The notes beneath the pieces are model-generated. The model saw nothing but the letters and a program-made list of their open reading frames with translations. It did not search any database and was not told where the DNA came from. Shown in pieces: positions 63,101-64,000 of a stretch of DNA of 64,000 nt. Position 1 is the first letter of the stretch. The number at the start of each line of letters is the position of its first letter. The DNA lies in contig CAMCKD010000003.1 in assembly GCA_945875335.1 (NCBI GenBank), positions 5,693 through 69,692 on the forward strand. Direction: 5' to 3'. The translations under genes were made by a program, and so were the position numbers. This stretch comes from an uncultured Clostridia bacterium (GTDB lineage: Bacteria > Bacillota > Clostridia > Oscillospirales > Oscillospiraceae).

Positions 63101-64000
63101 ACACCAAAGTGACACTCTGTGGAATCGAGCTGGACAACCCGGTGATTCCCGCCTCCGGCACCTTCGGCTACGGCTATGAATTCGCGGAACTCTACGACAT
63201 CAACGAGCTGGGCACCTTCTCCTTCAAGGGCACCACCAAGGAACCCCGGTTCGGCAACCCCACCCCCAGAATCGCCGAATGCCCCGGCGGCATGATCAAC
63301 GCCGTGGGGCTGCAAAACCCCGGTGTGGAGGCCGTCATCAACCAGGAGCTGCCAAAGCTGAAAAAGTGCTTCCACAAGCCGGTGATGGCCAACGTCTCCG
63401 GCTTCAGCCTGGAGGACTACGCCTATACCTGCCTGAAGCTGGACGCGGAGGAACAGGTGGGTTGGCTGGAAGTGAACATCAGCTGTCCCAATGTCCACGG
63501 CGGCGGCATGAGCTTCGGCACGACGCCGAAGGCAGCGGCGGAGGTGACCGGGGTCGTGAAGAACGTAACCAAAAAACCCGTCATCATCAAGCTCTCCCCC
63601 AATGTGACGGACATTGTGTCCATCGCCAAAGCCTGCGAGGATGCAGGAGCCGACGGCATCAGCCTGATCAATACCATGCTCGGCATGCGCATCGACCTGC
63701 GGCGGAGGAAGCCCGTCATTGCCAATACCATGGGCGGCTTCTCCGGCCCTGCCATTTTCCCGGTGGCCCTGCGGATGGTCTACCAGGTGAGCAAGGCGGT
63801 GAAGGTGCCCGTCATCGGCATGGGCGGTGTCAGCAGCGCCGAGGATGTAATTGAAATGATGCTGGCAGGCGCCACCGCCGTGGAAATCGGCGCGGCCAAT
63901 CTGGTGAACCCCTACGCCAGCCGGGACATCGTCCGCTCCCTGCCGGCTGCCATGGAAAAATACGGAATTGAAAATTTAACAGATATCATAGGAGGCGCAC
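63097..64000 (+). CDS. pyrD: dihydroorotate dehydrogenase B catalytic subunit; 3' end outside window
   Basis: Not in track (TTG start, TTGA overlap with the pyrK stop, GAGAGGAGG RBS); own translation [41 protein letters not shown]. Confidence 0.9.
   Translation, partial: [301 protein letters not shown]

Noticed and set aside
59221-63498. Minus-strand ORFs opposite carB, pyrK and pyrD (59221..60759, 60796..61512, 61600..62400, 62327..63115, 63094..63498)
   Set aside because: Antisense artefacts of highly conserved pyr genes.

Overview
The window reads as a high-GC Clostridia-type (Oscillospiraceae/Ruminococcaceae-like) chromosomal segment. All product calls come from motif recognition by eye; no database search was run.

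Housekeeping and accessory genes:
- rlmI-like methyltransferase, greA, and lysS
- AzlCD and an MgtC-family protein
- TAXI-TRAP transporter and a ChvE/Ggu-like sugar ABC transporter
- FtsW/RodA-family protein and sortase B
- uracil permease and a pyrimidine operon (pyrC-carB-pyrK-pyrD)
- a cluster of c-di-GMP turnover genes
- two-component and ECF sigma regulators

Main finding: the sporulation sigma factor gene sigK is split. Its 3' half is at 16252..16740 and its 5' half at 33423..33605, both on the minus strand. About 16.7 kb of visibly more AT-rich DNA lies between them, and a large serine recombinase gene abuts the 3' half. This is a skin-like intervening element.

The cargo of that element looks like a defence island:
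- a Type I R-M operon (hsdM-hsdS-X-hsdR), where X is a Cap12/Pycsar-type TIR-like effector gene translationally coupled to hsdS, with no cyclase nearby
- an XRE plus HipA-like kinase pair
- an IME-like backbone (TnpV, prim-pol/DUF3987 helicase, ParB-like protein)

Other notable structure:
- a five-copy family of nested, hairpin-rich MITE-like repeats; one copy has a 12-bp target-site duplication, hairpin stems show compensatory changes between copies, and a ~96% identical inverted pair brackets 54 kb
- an inverted array of AT-rich heptamers
- an LRR surface-protein gene followed by an in-frame TAG and a poly-C frameshift that cut off an Ig-like domain
- a promoter-proximal, internally deleted tRNA-Leu copy next to a mosaic of truncated genes that includes an integrase remnant
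- a receiver-less Spo0A C-domain protein followed by tandem 0A-box-like repeats
- terminator-type leaders in front of pyrC and the uracil permease, next to a degenerate PRTase-like protein

Many long ORFs in the six-frame track are antisense artefacts of high GC content and were rejected.
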